Below are positions 24,101 through 34,988 of a DNA stretch of 64,000 nt, piece after piece. Both the position numbers and the translations under genes were made by a program. How positions within the stretch are numbered: the first letter of the stretch is position 1; the number at the start of each line of letters is the position of its first letter. The stretch comes from Babesia bigemina (taxonomy: Eukaryota): the NCBI RefSeq assembly GCF_000981445.1, contig NC_027218.1:744001-808000 (forward strand), written 5' to 3'. The notes beneath the pieces are model-generated. The model worked only from the letters and a program-made list of their open reading frames with translations, was not told the origin of the DNA and ran no database searches.

Positions 24101-24231
24101 TCGTGATCCTGCTGAGGCAGATGAAGCTGACCCTCAACGCCTACACCAACGGCGGTACGTGGGAAGACCCGCTGCAGTTGGCCGTGGAGGAGGCCCTGGA
24201 TCGCTACGAGACTGCCTTCAACCGCATTTAA
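18163..24231 (+). CDS. DDX60-like Ski2-family DExH RNA helicase
   Basis: First ATG at 18163. DPRVLFKPDAWQKLLLD..VVAPTSTGKT (motif I), DEIH (II), ALSAT (III), GIGIHHEGL, SLAFGINVPC, QMSGRCGRRGFD (VI). The N-terminal IYRVERIL..FELVFFD segment resembles the DDX60 N-domain. Confidence 0.9.
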   Translation: MADRFDDDIVAGSGAAKYGADGDVVREKAPAAAASTDEHIPAGLSHGERAQGADAISGMDYGSLGVLNVECVKSLGSDPDVPLKDRIRLWHAMCPTDFLNLLGSSGAKESCCVIHAESLIVHVVCSAEKEGNVLLDFAKGPQTLQLIYRVERILSQIVRCGGTFELVFFDVFKQLFDPTYCHAADGEDEEEQAQFFDGYLLLRELLLTHAKLNNIPHFVFRDWYDKDWIDHVNHCDPSCVLVEEGSSFLYKHRTVYELVDTTTTGELNEQNGEVVEEFQVQQRYIDRFTFAAHALVMHSLSMNVSVAYLFEIGPFAHNFKAFTSFPSNCTPPPALLEEVEAQFRAEYPYRSVQDGAAQDEEDAVVPELIEELAGLGVEPRLRQLVACNYLKSFTAMKQEAGDDLDEETALYIDSCLLTFKVLLLHNYLLDVLPLESRCTRRIDAENWEFFTTYVAATLDLMASTTVPVFNGIAKNLGKMGDSKRDVADLFDGNLFTSILHCMAVYAKDHGNKVDGAFISLDKDLSASMDKMYGHFSGNLNDTVFPIDLAPFADVGIYDCLEADSGVSDADNVDTDVLNVDNQFVNMYFGLNAFRDKVKFYNGDNSNLLTTFAGTNWRDPALVSEKLECIDYFFKVEKPDKFANMPKRTQRQEQRSMQRQTAFSHLLSRYMGSNNLHHPIVPKLDHPWLDVKQKALEESEQTKDEPTADARAGAKPGKKEKHGKEAKKEKAPKVKTSAKAELLKQKHTAAQESKGREADMKTLDRYSGRLVSLFSPEHDFDVIYTNILEHTAGPNRAVDLTDDFKWLKSVINTKAIQLQFVIKMIETLLRTFEGYRMRALNRRGARASLRRTICITLRLIHDCFKEYKTLIDGPGISLLQRFLIRLGMPVSARNLFEAWLKIHDDKKNKKFKVESEEAFDYAIPKGMEFEFQVAYMGDLMERTLGSTEDPRVLFKPDAWQKLLLDAVDARESALVVAPTSTGKTYICYYAMEQGLRLDDEGIVIYVSPNTALAIQVTYEITARFSSKNYTTHSCAAVLSATFLEKFHDPKWNCAQILVTVPAILEQLLISMRTSELGYAKRIEYIILDEIHCVSDEEIGPFLERIIHLSAAPFLALSATVGNPMQFHSWLSKVETVRMNTKNAKVHYIYFDERFSDLKLEFYSNKHLVPLNPATCLSYDNVKTSGFPKDLYLMPKDLMVLRRCTTAVMGNRCPDLDYLDPAVYFSGTPMITKRQYRYWLQTYITEFTRQVQSGVIGEDDFRNIMDNLKSVNTSVSPADAKAAVDDTTEGIFRLYPSLKPLQPKHSVGSNASDANGDANAESSSRSQGSALQSSITESRDYLDPAESLALLDTLEQTKRLPCLGFTFDRNHMEHMLISMTQLLKRRQWEKYYGTPEARAWTNAENKRRMDHYQMLMRQYEAETKMRGASREQKEEQGIGGKVEEFIELPEEPVDVAEDYDPEFNYYNRKIYVNYTEEVENFIKIAAASISGRKNVDIFIEAMRRGIGIHHEGLPHKFTMLTETLFRMGFLRVLLSGRSLAFGINVPCKSVVFMGDNHELNPLMYKQMSGRCGRRGFDLSGHVIFWGIPMKRVRQLLTAQLANLCGYASCSPTESLATLSAFNSLLVSVRSRPPQQHSKGKISTTDARVRKNEVIARSRDAVVNPRTVVKRLASIFMHPLKPQSDFSDDEVLIFRACVETLFKLGFIDSNGLVRGCCELAMLTREAHPTNLFVAHLAQRGKLHELAGRGEADSADKLMDIISKFAYKRKQLGTTITLRRLLPQRVRCGDRYTAKLVSNLDVRNKEGSVGVELLYPDSFPLLPATAGELRKMIDEYNAMVLGVLSKYQAHLKPMEAKLPLSNVDFRCTSQDAPSWFTERRRGMQFSSLYSPFVAINGIKGRFNTARELWLGTRASSEITLDMVPTIESFEIDVVQLDPHYNVLKQLAMSLDNSYVIDYWSHGRFSLARDANGLGQYAWFHLRKIVILLRQMKLTLNAYTNGGTWEDPLQLAVEEALDRYETAFNRI

Positions 24232-24988
24232 TAGTGTGACCGCGTCCGCCACCGACCGTCACTTTTGTCATCGCAATTTTGTCTGGACATACTGCAACTG
24301 CCACGAAGGCAGCACGGCAGACCCGACGGCCCCGCACCACCAGCCGAGCTATCGCGAACTGCCAAGCGGCGCATATATTCAAAACAGTAACGTGTAATGT
24401 TTCTGGTTTTGTAGTTCCTCTATAGTGGTGCGCGCAGCGGTAACCGCGATTCTGCTGTGCTCAATAGCATCGCCATTGATATCATCAGTGATGTTTCGGG
24501 CGTTGGCATAAACATCGCCACAATGTTGATGAGTCAGTCGCATTACTATAATTGTGGTTACACTGTAAAATCATATAGAGCTGTAGCCTTCCAGCTGCCC
24601 ATACGCTTCTGGCATCACTACAAGAGAGCTATGCTACAACAAATCTGGCGAAACCGCATGTTAGGCTGTGATTCCACTGCATCTACATGCGCTCCACCAC
24701 TGCCACGCGCCTACTCGGCGTCTACCAACGTTTAAGCGCTGCTCGAATCAGCCTCCGCGGCAACAACATGTAGGCGTAAAACCACCAGACAAATGTAGGC
24801 GCAGAAGACCCGCAGTAACTATAGACACCTTGCATTGTGGCCACAATTGTCTGGCTAACGATGTGGTTAGCGCATAGTGCTCGAACAACGAACACCAGGT
24901 GGGAAACACGGGTGTGTGTCGCGCGCCGGCCGCCGCCCTCCCTATGTGTACCTGGGGTGTGAGCGGCGCATTTCTCGATTTCAGCACG

Positions 24989-26056
24989 ATGGCGAGGAAG
25001 AGGCCGATTCTGAAAATCATCATTCTGGGCGACAGCGGGTAGGCGGGACCACGCAGTGCCGACACACCGTCGCAGGGTTGGGAAGACCTCCTTGATGAAC
25101 CAGTTCATCAACAAGCGCTTCACCAACCAATACAGGGCCACAAGTAAGCGCAGCTGAGGGCAGTTCATATAGCGCAGTCGGTGCCGACTTCTCGACGCAG
25201 GAGGTGACTGTCGACGACAAGGTGGTGACGTTGCAGGTATGTTGCCGGTGATGTTGATCAGTCCGGGTGGAGTGCCGTCGCTGTCGCATACAGCCTATGA
25301 TGCTATACCATTGGCCGTTGAGAGAGTAATGTGCTGCAACGCGAAATACCCTTGATGTGCTATGGTGTTTTTAGCCGCGTACTGCGGTGGATGTGCTGGG
25401 CGGCATCCCGCCGGTTGGCGTGTTGTGCAACAAACACTCCCGATGTTGCATCGCGTTTTTACTTGTTGTTCTAAAAGATGTTGATTGCATATGCATTCCG
25501 GCCAACTGCTGACAAATGTGACTGCACACAATGGTCCTAATTTTCCGCAGATCTGGGACACCGCGGGTCAGGAGCGCTTCCAGAGCCTGGGCAAGGCGTT
25601 CTACCGCGGCGCTGACTGCTGCATGCTGGTGTACGACACTACGAACCAGAAGACCTTCGAGTCCATCGAGAGCTGGAAATCGGAGTTCCTGATTCAGGTG
25701 GAGCCCAAGGACCCCGACTCCTTCCCGTTCGCACTGATCGGCAACAAGGTGGACGACGTGGCCAACAGGAAGGTCAGCGCCAACAAGGCGACTAACTGGT
25801 GCAAGGCGAACAACGACATACCGCACTTCGAAACGAGGTAATTGGTGTCAGCAGGCCCCGCATCCCGCGCAGCGCCAAAACGGCACACAACGTTGCCACT
25901 GCATTCCTGGAGATCGCAAAGAAGGCAATCGCCCGTGACACGCAGGACGACGAGATATACATCCCCGACACGCTGCTGCTCGACCAGCGGCACGTGGAGC
26001 AGTCGGGACCCAACTGCCAGCGCGGAGTGGCCAGCGTCATCGGCTGCGACGCGTAG
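24989..26056 (+). CDS. RAB7: Rab7 small GTPase, 5 exons (24989-25038, 25076-25143, 25178-25236, 25551-25837, 25873-26056)
   Basis: The spliced product reads [79 protein letters not shown]. All introns are GT-AG and frame-consistent. Confidence 0.95.
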
Positions 26057-27075
26057 GCGTGCTTGTCTTGGGACTAATAGCGCGCTAATGGCGTGATCAA
26101 TATCATACACGTGTAGCACCAGACATGATTGTAGTACAGTTACGGCTCTGTGTGGTTACGGGCATCACACTGCCCTTTCCAATCATCACTGGTCTGGTGT
26201 GCTGTCAAGCGGAGTAGATTTGGGTACGATTTACTGCGCCCTTTACCCATATAACAGCGAGTCATATCACTTCATATCGAATCACCATAGAAGATATTAA
26301 GTTTCACTCATCAAACATCGGATTCTACAATTTCGCACATACGAAGCATACTGCCGAGATCACGCCTACCACTAAGCACACTGCCGTAGAAACAATCAGC
26401 CGTTGCCAGATATATATATATTGTTAGAATAAATTTCCCATATAGCGTTTCAAAGCCTAATAGGAGCGCTTTAAATGCGTATAAGCTCTGCGGCGTTCCC
26501 ACAGGCGCTGTCGCCTCGCGCATTCGTAGGCCTGAAGCGCGCGTCGCGAGCCCCTGTACGGCCTGCAGACAGTTAAGATACCTTTTACCTGTTCTTCTTT
26601 TGATGGCGTCGTCGTCGGAAATGTTGAATCGGCTCGACGACGCGCATACCGTCCGAGGCGGCTGAAATCGTCGTATGCTGACTAAAACGCTAGAATCGCG
26701 CCTCCTTCTATATTATTTGTCAGCTGTGCGTTATTATTTCATAAGTGCATGTAAATTAAGACCGCTGCGAATACAGCGCGGTACTTGTACGCCAACGAGG
26801 TCAAATCCAGCTCATCAAGTGTGCTGATAGCGACCTTTTTATCGCATCATTACAGAAGCGGAGTTGCAGAAGGCTGAGTGAATTGACTTCCACGCTTCTT
26901 ACAGGAGAACATTATAGGCGACGTGACATCTCACGGCTCGACCTTGGAAGACGATTAACAAGCTGCTCGTCAAAACTGCGCTGCTTTCCATTCGTTGCGT
27001 GACAACGTTGACCACCTACGTTGGTAGTAGTGGTCGGATCATAATTCTGGTGAACGGTTTGTAATCGAGAACAAG

Positions 27076-27567
27076 ATGAGTTTTTTTAGCGGGATAACCT
27101 CAATATTTCATCGCACTGTTGCGAAAGTCAAAGAGACTGTTTCGTCCTTTGCGACCAAAAGTGTTACATCAGTGGCCGATCAAGCCATGAAGGCTATTTT
27201 GACAAGCGAGAATCTTGAAAGGGCTATGAGATCAGATGCCGGGCAGAAGGTGATCGATGGTGTCATCCTGGCAATCATGTGGCACATTTGGCTAACATAC
27301 TTCGTCCCTCTGATTCTCGCCAAAGGCTTCTGTGTGTCTCTTGTGTTTAGCGTATACTACTTCGGATGGTTGGGTCGGTTTAGGGCAAGGTTTTTCAGAG
27401 GTCTCACACTGTTTTTGGAAATAGTGCTGTATTGTGTGTGGAAGCTATGTAAAGCGCTAGCGGCGCTTTTGAAAAGCTTGTATAGTAATGGCAATTCAGA
27501 GGGCTACGGCATGCTAAGAGGCTATGGATACAACCCTCTAGTCTTCGACGCGAACGACATCCGGTGA
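27076..27567 (+). CDS. Hypothetical small membrane protein, 163 aa
   Basis: ATG-initiated ORF with 2-3 hydrophobic segments (VILAIMWHIWLTYFVPLILAKGFCVSLVFSVYYFGWL; LTLFLEIVLYCVW), set in otherwise non-coding sequence. Confidence 0.6.
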   Translation: MSFFSGITSIFHRTVAKVKETVSSFATKSVTSVADQAMKAILTSENLERAMRSDAGQKVIDGVILAIMWHIWLTYFVPLILAKGFCVSLVFSVYYFGWLGRFRARFFRGLTLFLEIVLYCVWKLCKALAALLKSLYSNGNSEGYGMLRGYGYNPLVFDANDIR

Positions 27568-28615
27568 TGCGATACGCCGCCTTTCACAGGCGCTGCGACC
27601 GGAAATGCGCTTGCCGTGGTTGCGCAAATAGCCGTTTACCACCATCGTAATGTAATATGCAGGCAGTGGAAACGTCGGTAAGTCCCACCGAAAAATCGGA
27701 ACTGGTCTTTCGTGTATCTCAGCAACAGTCCACAAGTGGCATGCAAAACCGACGCTGCTCATTAGTTGCATAGGCTGCCAAGAGAAAACACGTATATTCT
27801 CGGCAGCGAAAATGCGAAGCGCGTGAAAAGAGATGGCCGGCCTGCGGCCAGTACGAATACCTTAGGCGCGCAAAACGTGCTGTACCATATGCAGTTCAGC
27901 CCCTTGAACATGAAATGAATAGTCATAAAAATGTACTTCATGCATATAGGACGCCCGGTGCGCCTCTGTTGTGGCGGGAGGTCCCGAAACCATTGGATTG
28001 CTGTCATTGCTAGATCACGTAAGTGTTAATTATGACGCAATGGTTTTACCACCCGAAACTATCGAATTACTCGCAATTCCTGGCACGGCTATAGGTTTTG
28101 CCGTCTCCGCTTATAATTTTGACGCCATGAGATTGGTCCCATGTAAATCTTGTGAGTAGTGCTCACGCCGTAAGAACCGTACGCATACACCAATGCGTTG
28201 TGCCGTGAACGCGTGCCATAGGTTACGTCATTCCACAAAAGGCTGGCCAAAGCGCGGTGCGATGCGCCGGAAACACGAGATGGCGCTAATACAAGACGTA
28301 GCGCTGCAAAACGGCAAAGAATCGCTAACGAAAATACAGGCGTAAATCTACACATATGAGCACACAATCACACAGCGAAAAACATCGAGTGCGATACCCT
28401 GGAGAACACAACACGAAGCGTCTGGTGTGTGCTACATCACCGCGCCGCGGTGCCGGATATACAAACATTACACAGCACGATTTGCTGCCAATTTGCCGAC
28501 ATTCGTCTGCACAAAACTACGATAACGTTCCGCTGCGAGTGGCCCTGTGGACGGCCACGCTACGGAAGCAAGCACGCTCAGGGCTCTGAACCGACGACAG
28601 AATCGTGTGGCCACA

Positions 28616-29218
28616 ATGGGTGTTGACTCGTCCAGAGGCGGGATAATCGGCTTTTTTGTCCGTATGCACCAGGCGTACCTGGACAGGCTGTCCAGCTACG
28701 TGTTCATCAGGTGGTTCTACATCTCGTTCATGACCTTCATCTTCTGGCACCACGTGATTGAGTACGGAATGCACTACGTGGTCGCGTACATGTACGCGGT
28801 GTACCTGCTGAACCTGCTGATCAGGTTCATCACTCCGCTGGACTTCGACGACCTCTGCAAGGCGCACGAGGCGGAGCACGGGGGCACCATCCTGCCGTCC
28901 AACGAGAACAAGACCGCCAACATCACCCTCGAGCGTATGAAGAACAGGGAGAACATCTACGAGTTCAGGCCGTTTTTGCGCCAGATGAACGAGTTCACCT
29001 TCTGGCTGTCCGCGACGAGGGCGACGCACGCGGCCCTGTTCTGCTCCATGTTCGAGTTCCTGGACGTGCCCGTGTTCTGGCCGCTGCTGGTGTTCTACTT
29101 CGTGCTGCTGTTCGCCACCACGATGCGCGAGCAGCTGCGCAACATGATCAAGTACAAGTACATCCCGTTCGACTTCGGCAAGAAATCGTACGGCACCATC
29201 ACGCGCCAGCGTAAGTAG
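28616..29218 (+). CDS. RER1: RER1 Golgi-to-ER retrieval receptor
   Basis: YLLNLLIRFITP, EFRPFLRQMNEFTFW and FLDVPVFWPLLVFYF..TMREQLRNMIKYKYIPFDFGKKSY match Rer1 signatures. ATG at 28616. Confidence 0.95.
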   Translation: MGVDSSRGGIIGFFVRMHQAYLDRLSSYVFIRWFYISFMTFIFWHHVIEYGMHYVVAYMYAVYLLNLLIRFITPLDFDDLCKAHEAEHGGTILPSNENKTANITLERMKNRENIYEFRPFLRQMNEFTFWLSATRATHAALFCSMFEFLDVPVFWPLLVFYFVLLFATTMREQLRNMIKYKYIPFDFGKKSYGTITRQRK

Positions 29219-29535
29219 CGTGGCGCGGGTGCGCGGTCTGTCGCGACGACACATCGCTATCGCAAAGAGCTGCCGAGGTGGGCGGGGTCCAAGTTGCTCG
29301 CCGTCCCGACGCTGATGGCGGGCGCGGCTTACAACGCGCAAACAACCCGTCAAGGGCTAATGTTTGTACCACCTACATGCGGAGTGCACAGCCACCCAGG
29401 CGTACCAGTGGACTTTGGGCGCCTTAGCGCCGTGCATTGTGACTGCTTATGCGTTACGTATGCGAATTATGCACAAATCAGTGGCAACTATGGGCGGCAC
29501 GTCGCGGATCGCGGTGGTTAAACCCGATACGATAA

Positions 29536-32500
29536 TTAGTGAGTGCGTTGTTGCACGCAGGCTGCGAAGTCATTGCGCCGCCTGCCTCTCCCCCAGGTAG
29601 CGCATCAGCATGCGGGCGTACTGGGCCACCGAGGCGTCGCTGTCCGCCGTGGCGAGCTGTCGCTCGAGCGCCTTCACCATGCTTGACCAGTGCTTCAGCC
29701 GCAGCTCGTCGGACCTACACAGACGCCGTGAAACTCATACACAACAACAACCCACTTGAACAGGTGGCCGTAGAAGTAGTCCTGCAGGTTGGACACCTCG
29801 CCGCCCGCCATCCACACCGCCACGCGGAACGAACGGTAGTACTCCTGGTTGGAACACCTGAGTCAGACGTGAATCACTACATGCAGCGGAGACTTACAGG
29901 TTGAGCAGGTTGGATCGTGAGACGATGAAGAAGAACTCCCGCGACATCGTGAAGGCGTACGGCGGCCGGTCGGCGGCAGCAACGCGCTCCACGCTGAACG
30001 GTGTGACGGTGGGCTCGTGCGGCTGCATCACGGGGCTGTACGACAGGTCGTACATGGACATGCGTCCGTGGCCCTGCGACGGAAGCAGGCGTACGTCGGC
30101 AAACATCCGGCCGAACTCGTGCTGCACGTCGCCCAGTATGCAGTTGCGGTGCAGCAGCAGGCAGCACGCGAGGTACTCCTGCGTGATTTCGAGCAGCATC
30201 ACGAGCTCCCGCAGTGTCTTCATGTCATTTTCGCGGCGCTGGCGCAACCGGCGGAGGATCGTGGCGACGTCGAAGGGCGGCGCTTTCTCGGCGCTGGCGA
30301 GCTCAGCAGTGACGCCGACGTGGGGGACGCTGTGACCAGCGTTACCGACACTGTCCGTACCGAATCCGCTTGCCACTGGGTTTTTGAAAGCGTCGCCGGC
30401 GAATGATTGTTCCGCAGGGCAGTCATCGGGGAAGATGTCACGCTGGAGGCTGAGCGACAGGCGGCTGACGCTGGTGGCCACCGCTTCGACGGTGCCGGGC
30501 TGCATTGCCTCGTACTGCATCGCCACCTTGCAGAGCAGCAGGTACAGGTTGCGCATCTGTACCAGCCTGGCCTTCACCTCGGCAAAGGGGCGGCGCAGGC
30601 AGAGCATGAGGTCGCTCTCAAACCTCGAGCCGACGACGAACTCGTTACGGTGCTTCAGCTGGTCGTGCGGTGTGAAGGGCAGGGAGCTCTCGTTGCTGGA
30701 GGCGCGCCTGTCCGACGTCAGCAGGGGCACGCAGCAGAACGTGCGCTCCAGCCATACCGACTCCAGCAGCCCGCATACCAAAGAGAGCACCCCGTCCACC
30801 GCCACCGAGGTCATGCCGGTGCACACCCGGTTAAAGCGGTGCAGCTTGGGCTCGCTGAAAATGACGAACTTGCACCAGGGGCTTACCGCGGGTGTCGTCG
30901 GCTTGCCCGTGTCGTCGACGGCGTAGGCGCCCGGCGCCGTCCACCCGAACGCCTGGGATGAAATGCCCAGGGAGGTCAGTAGCAGGCCCTGCGCGTCGTT
31001 TGCGCCCAGCAGCAGCGACTCCAGCATCGGCTCGCTGCGGTCCGAAAGCAACTCCCAGCACGTCCTGAACACCTCCTCGGGGGTGAACAGCCAGGCCAAA
31101 TAATACAACCCGTAGGCAACCGCCTCCTTGGCGGCGTCCTCGCCGCACAGGTCGCCGTGCTGCGGGCCGTCGGCGAATATGTCCACAAAATGCGAGGCTT
31201 CCAGGGCTTCGTTGGCTTTGTTGAAGCGCTGCGACGCGATGGCGTTGCGGTGGTCGTGCGCCATCATCGGGGGGTCGAGGTACCTGAGCGTCGACAGCGG
31301 GTGCTCCAGCAGCGCGGATATGAGCCGCATCAAACTCGACCGGTAGAGCGTGTATACCTTTTGCGAAGTGACGAACACCAACTGCCAACTGAAGCCGGGT
31401 TTACCATCGGCGGAGTCGCGACGCTGCGAGAACACGTCGAGTATGGTTTCACCAGGCGACAGGAGAATGCAGAACTCGTCGTACCACTCGATCGGTCTCA
31501 GACTCGGGGCTGCGGAGTTATACGCGCCAGAATCGCCGCGAGGGGTGGACTGGCGCTGGTTGTGCGACCACAGCTCCTCCGACACAGACTGCGGCGAAGG
31601 CCCGCTTGACTGGCACAGCGACGCCGTCTCCGGGGCGAAGAGCGTAACCTTCGCGAAGGTCATATTGTTCGTCTTCACGTACGACTCGCAGACGACGAAC
31701 AGGTCTGAGACGTAATAATAGCTGCGCTTGACTTGCACTGCGGTCGTGTTTGCAGCTTGTGGCTGAGCGGCCGCCTGCCAGCCCGTGGCGATCGACGTGG
31801 GCCTGCTCGGCACCGGGCGGCGCTCTATGAGCATCTGCACGGCCTTGAATCCCTTGACTACCAGCGAGGTTTTCTTGTTTTGGTCGGTCGCGAATCCCAC
31901 GAAGATCCGGCTGCCGTAGTTGTCGACCAGCACGATGTCCACGCCGTCACACAAACCCAGCGGCACCGGCAGCACCGCACAACAGCGATAGCCAGCCGGG
32001 TTGCCAACCATGCGAAAGTACCCCGCGCGCATCAGCTGGCTCACCAGGTCGCTGTTGCGCAAACTGTAGTAGGTCAACGTGTAGGGGAACATGCGGTCGT
32101 AGTCGACCACGCCCTTTATGAAGTGCTCGAAGTTGCACTCGTCCGGAATTTTGAAGACGCTCAAATCGCCGCTGTCCTCGCGCAGCATGCACAGCAGCCA
32201 CCGGTCCTCGTCCAGGCTGAGGGTGGATGCGCCGGAGGCAAATACCCCAAAGTACGCCTTGTCCCAGGGGTTGAGCAGCTTGACGCACGTGCGGCATTCG
32301 TGCTTCACGCAGCAGCTGCGGCTGACGCACGTGCAGCTGTCGCGGCTGAAGCCGTCGGCGAAGCTGGACTCCTGCAGGGAGAGGTGCAGCTCGCGCCACT
32401 GCAACGGCGGCCAGTAAACGGTGCCGCTGACCGGGCAGGGCTTCCCCAGGTCAGCCAGACAGTTGCCGCTGCCTTCCCACCAGTTGTCCGGGTCGGCGAC

Positions 32501-34231
32501 GCGGGAGTGGGTGGCCCCAGCGCCGAGCTCGACGGCGTACCCGCCGGGGACGGTGCCGCGGAGCTTGTAGACGCGCTCGTTGGTCAGCGCGGTCAGCACG
32601 AACTTGCAGCCCTTGACGATCATCGGCATCATCTTGCCGAGCATAGAGGTGTCCCTGACGTCGATCGCGCCCAGCTGGTACTGGAACTCGTAGAGCAGGC
32701 TGTTGGGGCCGAGCATGAACACCCTTCCGGATGCGCGGTGTCCGTACACCTCGTTGATCACGTGGCCGCAGTTGCGCTCCCTAAACAGCACCCCCAGCCG
32801 CAGGGAGCCGGCCGTCTCGTGGACCAATGCGATAATGAACTCCGACGACGTGACGATCAGCAGCGCGGGGCCCGTGTACACGGAGGAGAGGTACGAGTGG
32901 CGCAGCTTGTCGACCTCGTCGGAGGCACGCACCTCCGGACTGAACGCGGACTGGTAGCGCTCCAGCTCGAAGTCGCGCAGGTAGACTGCGTTCGTGGTCT
33001 GCAGCGCTGACGGGAGGCGGAAGTTGAACACCTTGGTGTCGCCAAGCATCTTGTGCAGGGAGAGGATGTGCACCTCGCCGGCGTTTGCCGACGACACTTC
33101 ATAGCGGCACACCAGCCCCAGGTCGCGTATCACCTTCATGGAGCCGCCCTTGGAACACAGCAAATCGGGCAGCGCGAACGCCGCGTGCATGGGACAGACC
33201 GCCTCCAGGTGCTCACGCGTGTATCGCCCGTCGTTGGCCGCGCCCGTGGCAGCAGCGGCAGAGACGTTCCCGCTGACCTGCGACGACGGTCGGAAGTCGT
33301 TGCTGCTGAGCGCCCAGCTGCCGGTGGGGTCGGTTGACGGCGCTGCACGCTGCTCAGGGGCAGCCTGGACCGGCGGGGCGACCGCCTGCGGCGCAGCCTC
33401 TCCTGCGACGTGAACGTCCGTATTCGCATCATAATAAGTAGTTCCATTGAACAAGCCGCCCAAAACACGGTCGAAACGGGTCGATCCCCCCTGCGGCCCC
33501 GTGCCCATGGGCTCCTCGCGAGCAGTGAGGAATGCGTCGCCGGCGAAGTTCAGGGACGGCCGCACGGCAGCGCTGCCGCCAATGCGTATCCCCGTCAACG
33601 CGCTGTTGGGAACGGCCGCCGCGCCCTTCACGGCGCCGGGTGCCGGGCTGCGCATGTCCCAGTGAATGTAGACCTGCAGCGGGCAACCGCACTTGCCCTT
33701 CATCTTGGAGACCAGCGTCGTGTTCCGAATGTGCACGGGCGGGATGCAGTACTCCGGCACCACCGTGGAGTTCAGACGCCGCAGGCGCAATTCGCATAAC
33801 TTCTTGCCGAACTCGAACTCGGAGGTGCACTCGCGCTGGAGATACCGCAGCGATTCGTAGCGCATGGCGCTGTCGCGGTTGAACAGCATACACGACAGGC
33901 GGTCCAGCACATCCAGTTTGGCCAGCGCCGTGACGCGCGTGTTGGCGGCAAGCCAGTCCCGGTTGTGCGACAGCTGGACGTTTGCGACCGTTTCCCGCAG
34001 CCGCTTGGCTTCCAGGTGCACGTTGTTCGCATCCGCCTGCGCAGACGGTACCACGCGAGTGGGCAGGACGTTGCGAAACGCGCCGACGCCGGCCGAGCTC
34101 AAAGGGTCGGATCCCGATCCGGCAGCGGCGGCGCCCTCGGCATCCGCAAACGGCCGCCGCTTGGAATCATGGTCGTTGTCCCACTTAAACAGGACCTCCT
34201 CCGGCACGCGCTTGCCACGCTCTTGCTCCAT
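29536..34231 (-). CDS. Divergent Nup155/Nup170-like nucleoporin (long exon 34231-29898, then exons 29857-29756 and 29714-~29536; 3' end uncertain)
   Basis: GRVFMLGPNSLLYEFQYQ, LSLDEDRWLLCMLREDSGDLSVFKI and DIVLVDNYGSRIFV occur in the same order as the Nup155 beta-propeller motifs (GRIFL.G.DG.LYE..Y, D.SRNILY, L.AVT..G.RLYF), followed by a helical C-terminal half. Frame-preserving introns at 29897-29858 and 29755-29715. Confidence 0.65.
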
Positions 34232-34988
34232 CGTTGCTTCCGTCAGACAGGCTTGCGAAACCAGGTGTAGCAAGCAGGGTCCCGTTGACGAAGGGCCCCC
34301 GAAACAGCAGCACGGTCCCTTAGGTATGCGATAGCTTTTTTATAAAACCCATAGCAGTTTGCGGCTTCCTGTGGCGCGCTCCCGTACGGTTGGCGTCAGG
34401 CGTGCTCTCGCCTGAAACAGCACGACCGAGTGCCACTTCACCGGCGTGATCGAGTACACTCACACATCCGCGCAGCACTGTAACTCACGACGTCGTGAGC
34501 ATCCAACACGGCCCGTAGTGGGTGTCGGCCGACGCCCGCATCACCGTGTTACACATAGGCCGGCGCCGTGAAAACTCAACACGCGCTCGGGATGCAACGC
34601 GGCATCCCAATCCGCCTTCACATTTTATAGACGCCCGAACCGTGCGATGTGTAGCCGTTTCGGCCGCCGTAGCGTCTTCCTAGCGCTGGAAGGAGGCAAC
34701 TCGGAAGCTGCCACGGAAAATTGAATCGCCGCACCCTTACACGGCGCCAGACGCAGTAGACACATAAAATAATCGAATACCGTCGAAAGCCTCTAGTCAC
34801 AATATTAACGCCAACAATAACGCCGACCCCGCCTGTTTGAGCGGCCGTGTACGGACTGTCGGCCCTTTGAACCGCCCTGAAGGTTCACCCTGGAAGCCAT
34901 GACGGCGTTATAAGCGCAACAGCGGGAGTTATCAGGAAGCGCCGAGACGTTCTACACGGCTCCGTTGGAGCGAATACCCGCGAAGAAG

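Noticed and set aside
34589..34608. GGGATGC-N6-GCATCCC hairpin in the divergent intergenic region
   Set aside because: A 7-bp stem is not significant in GC-rich DNA.
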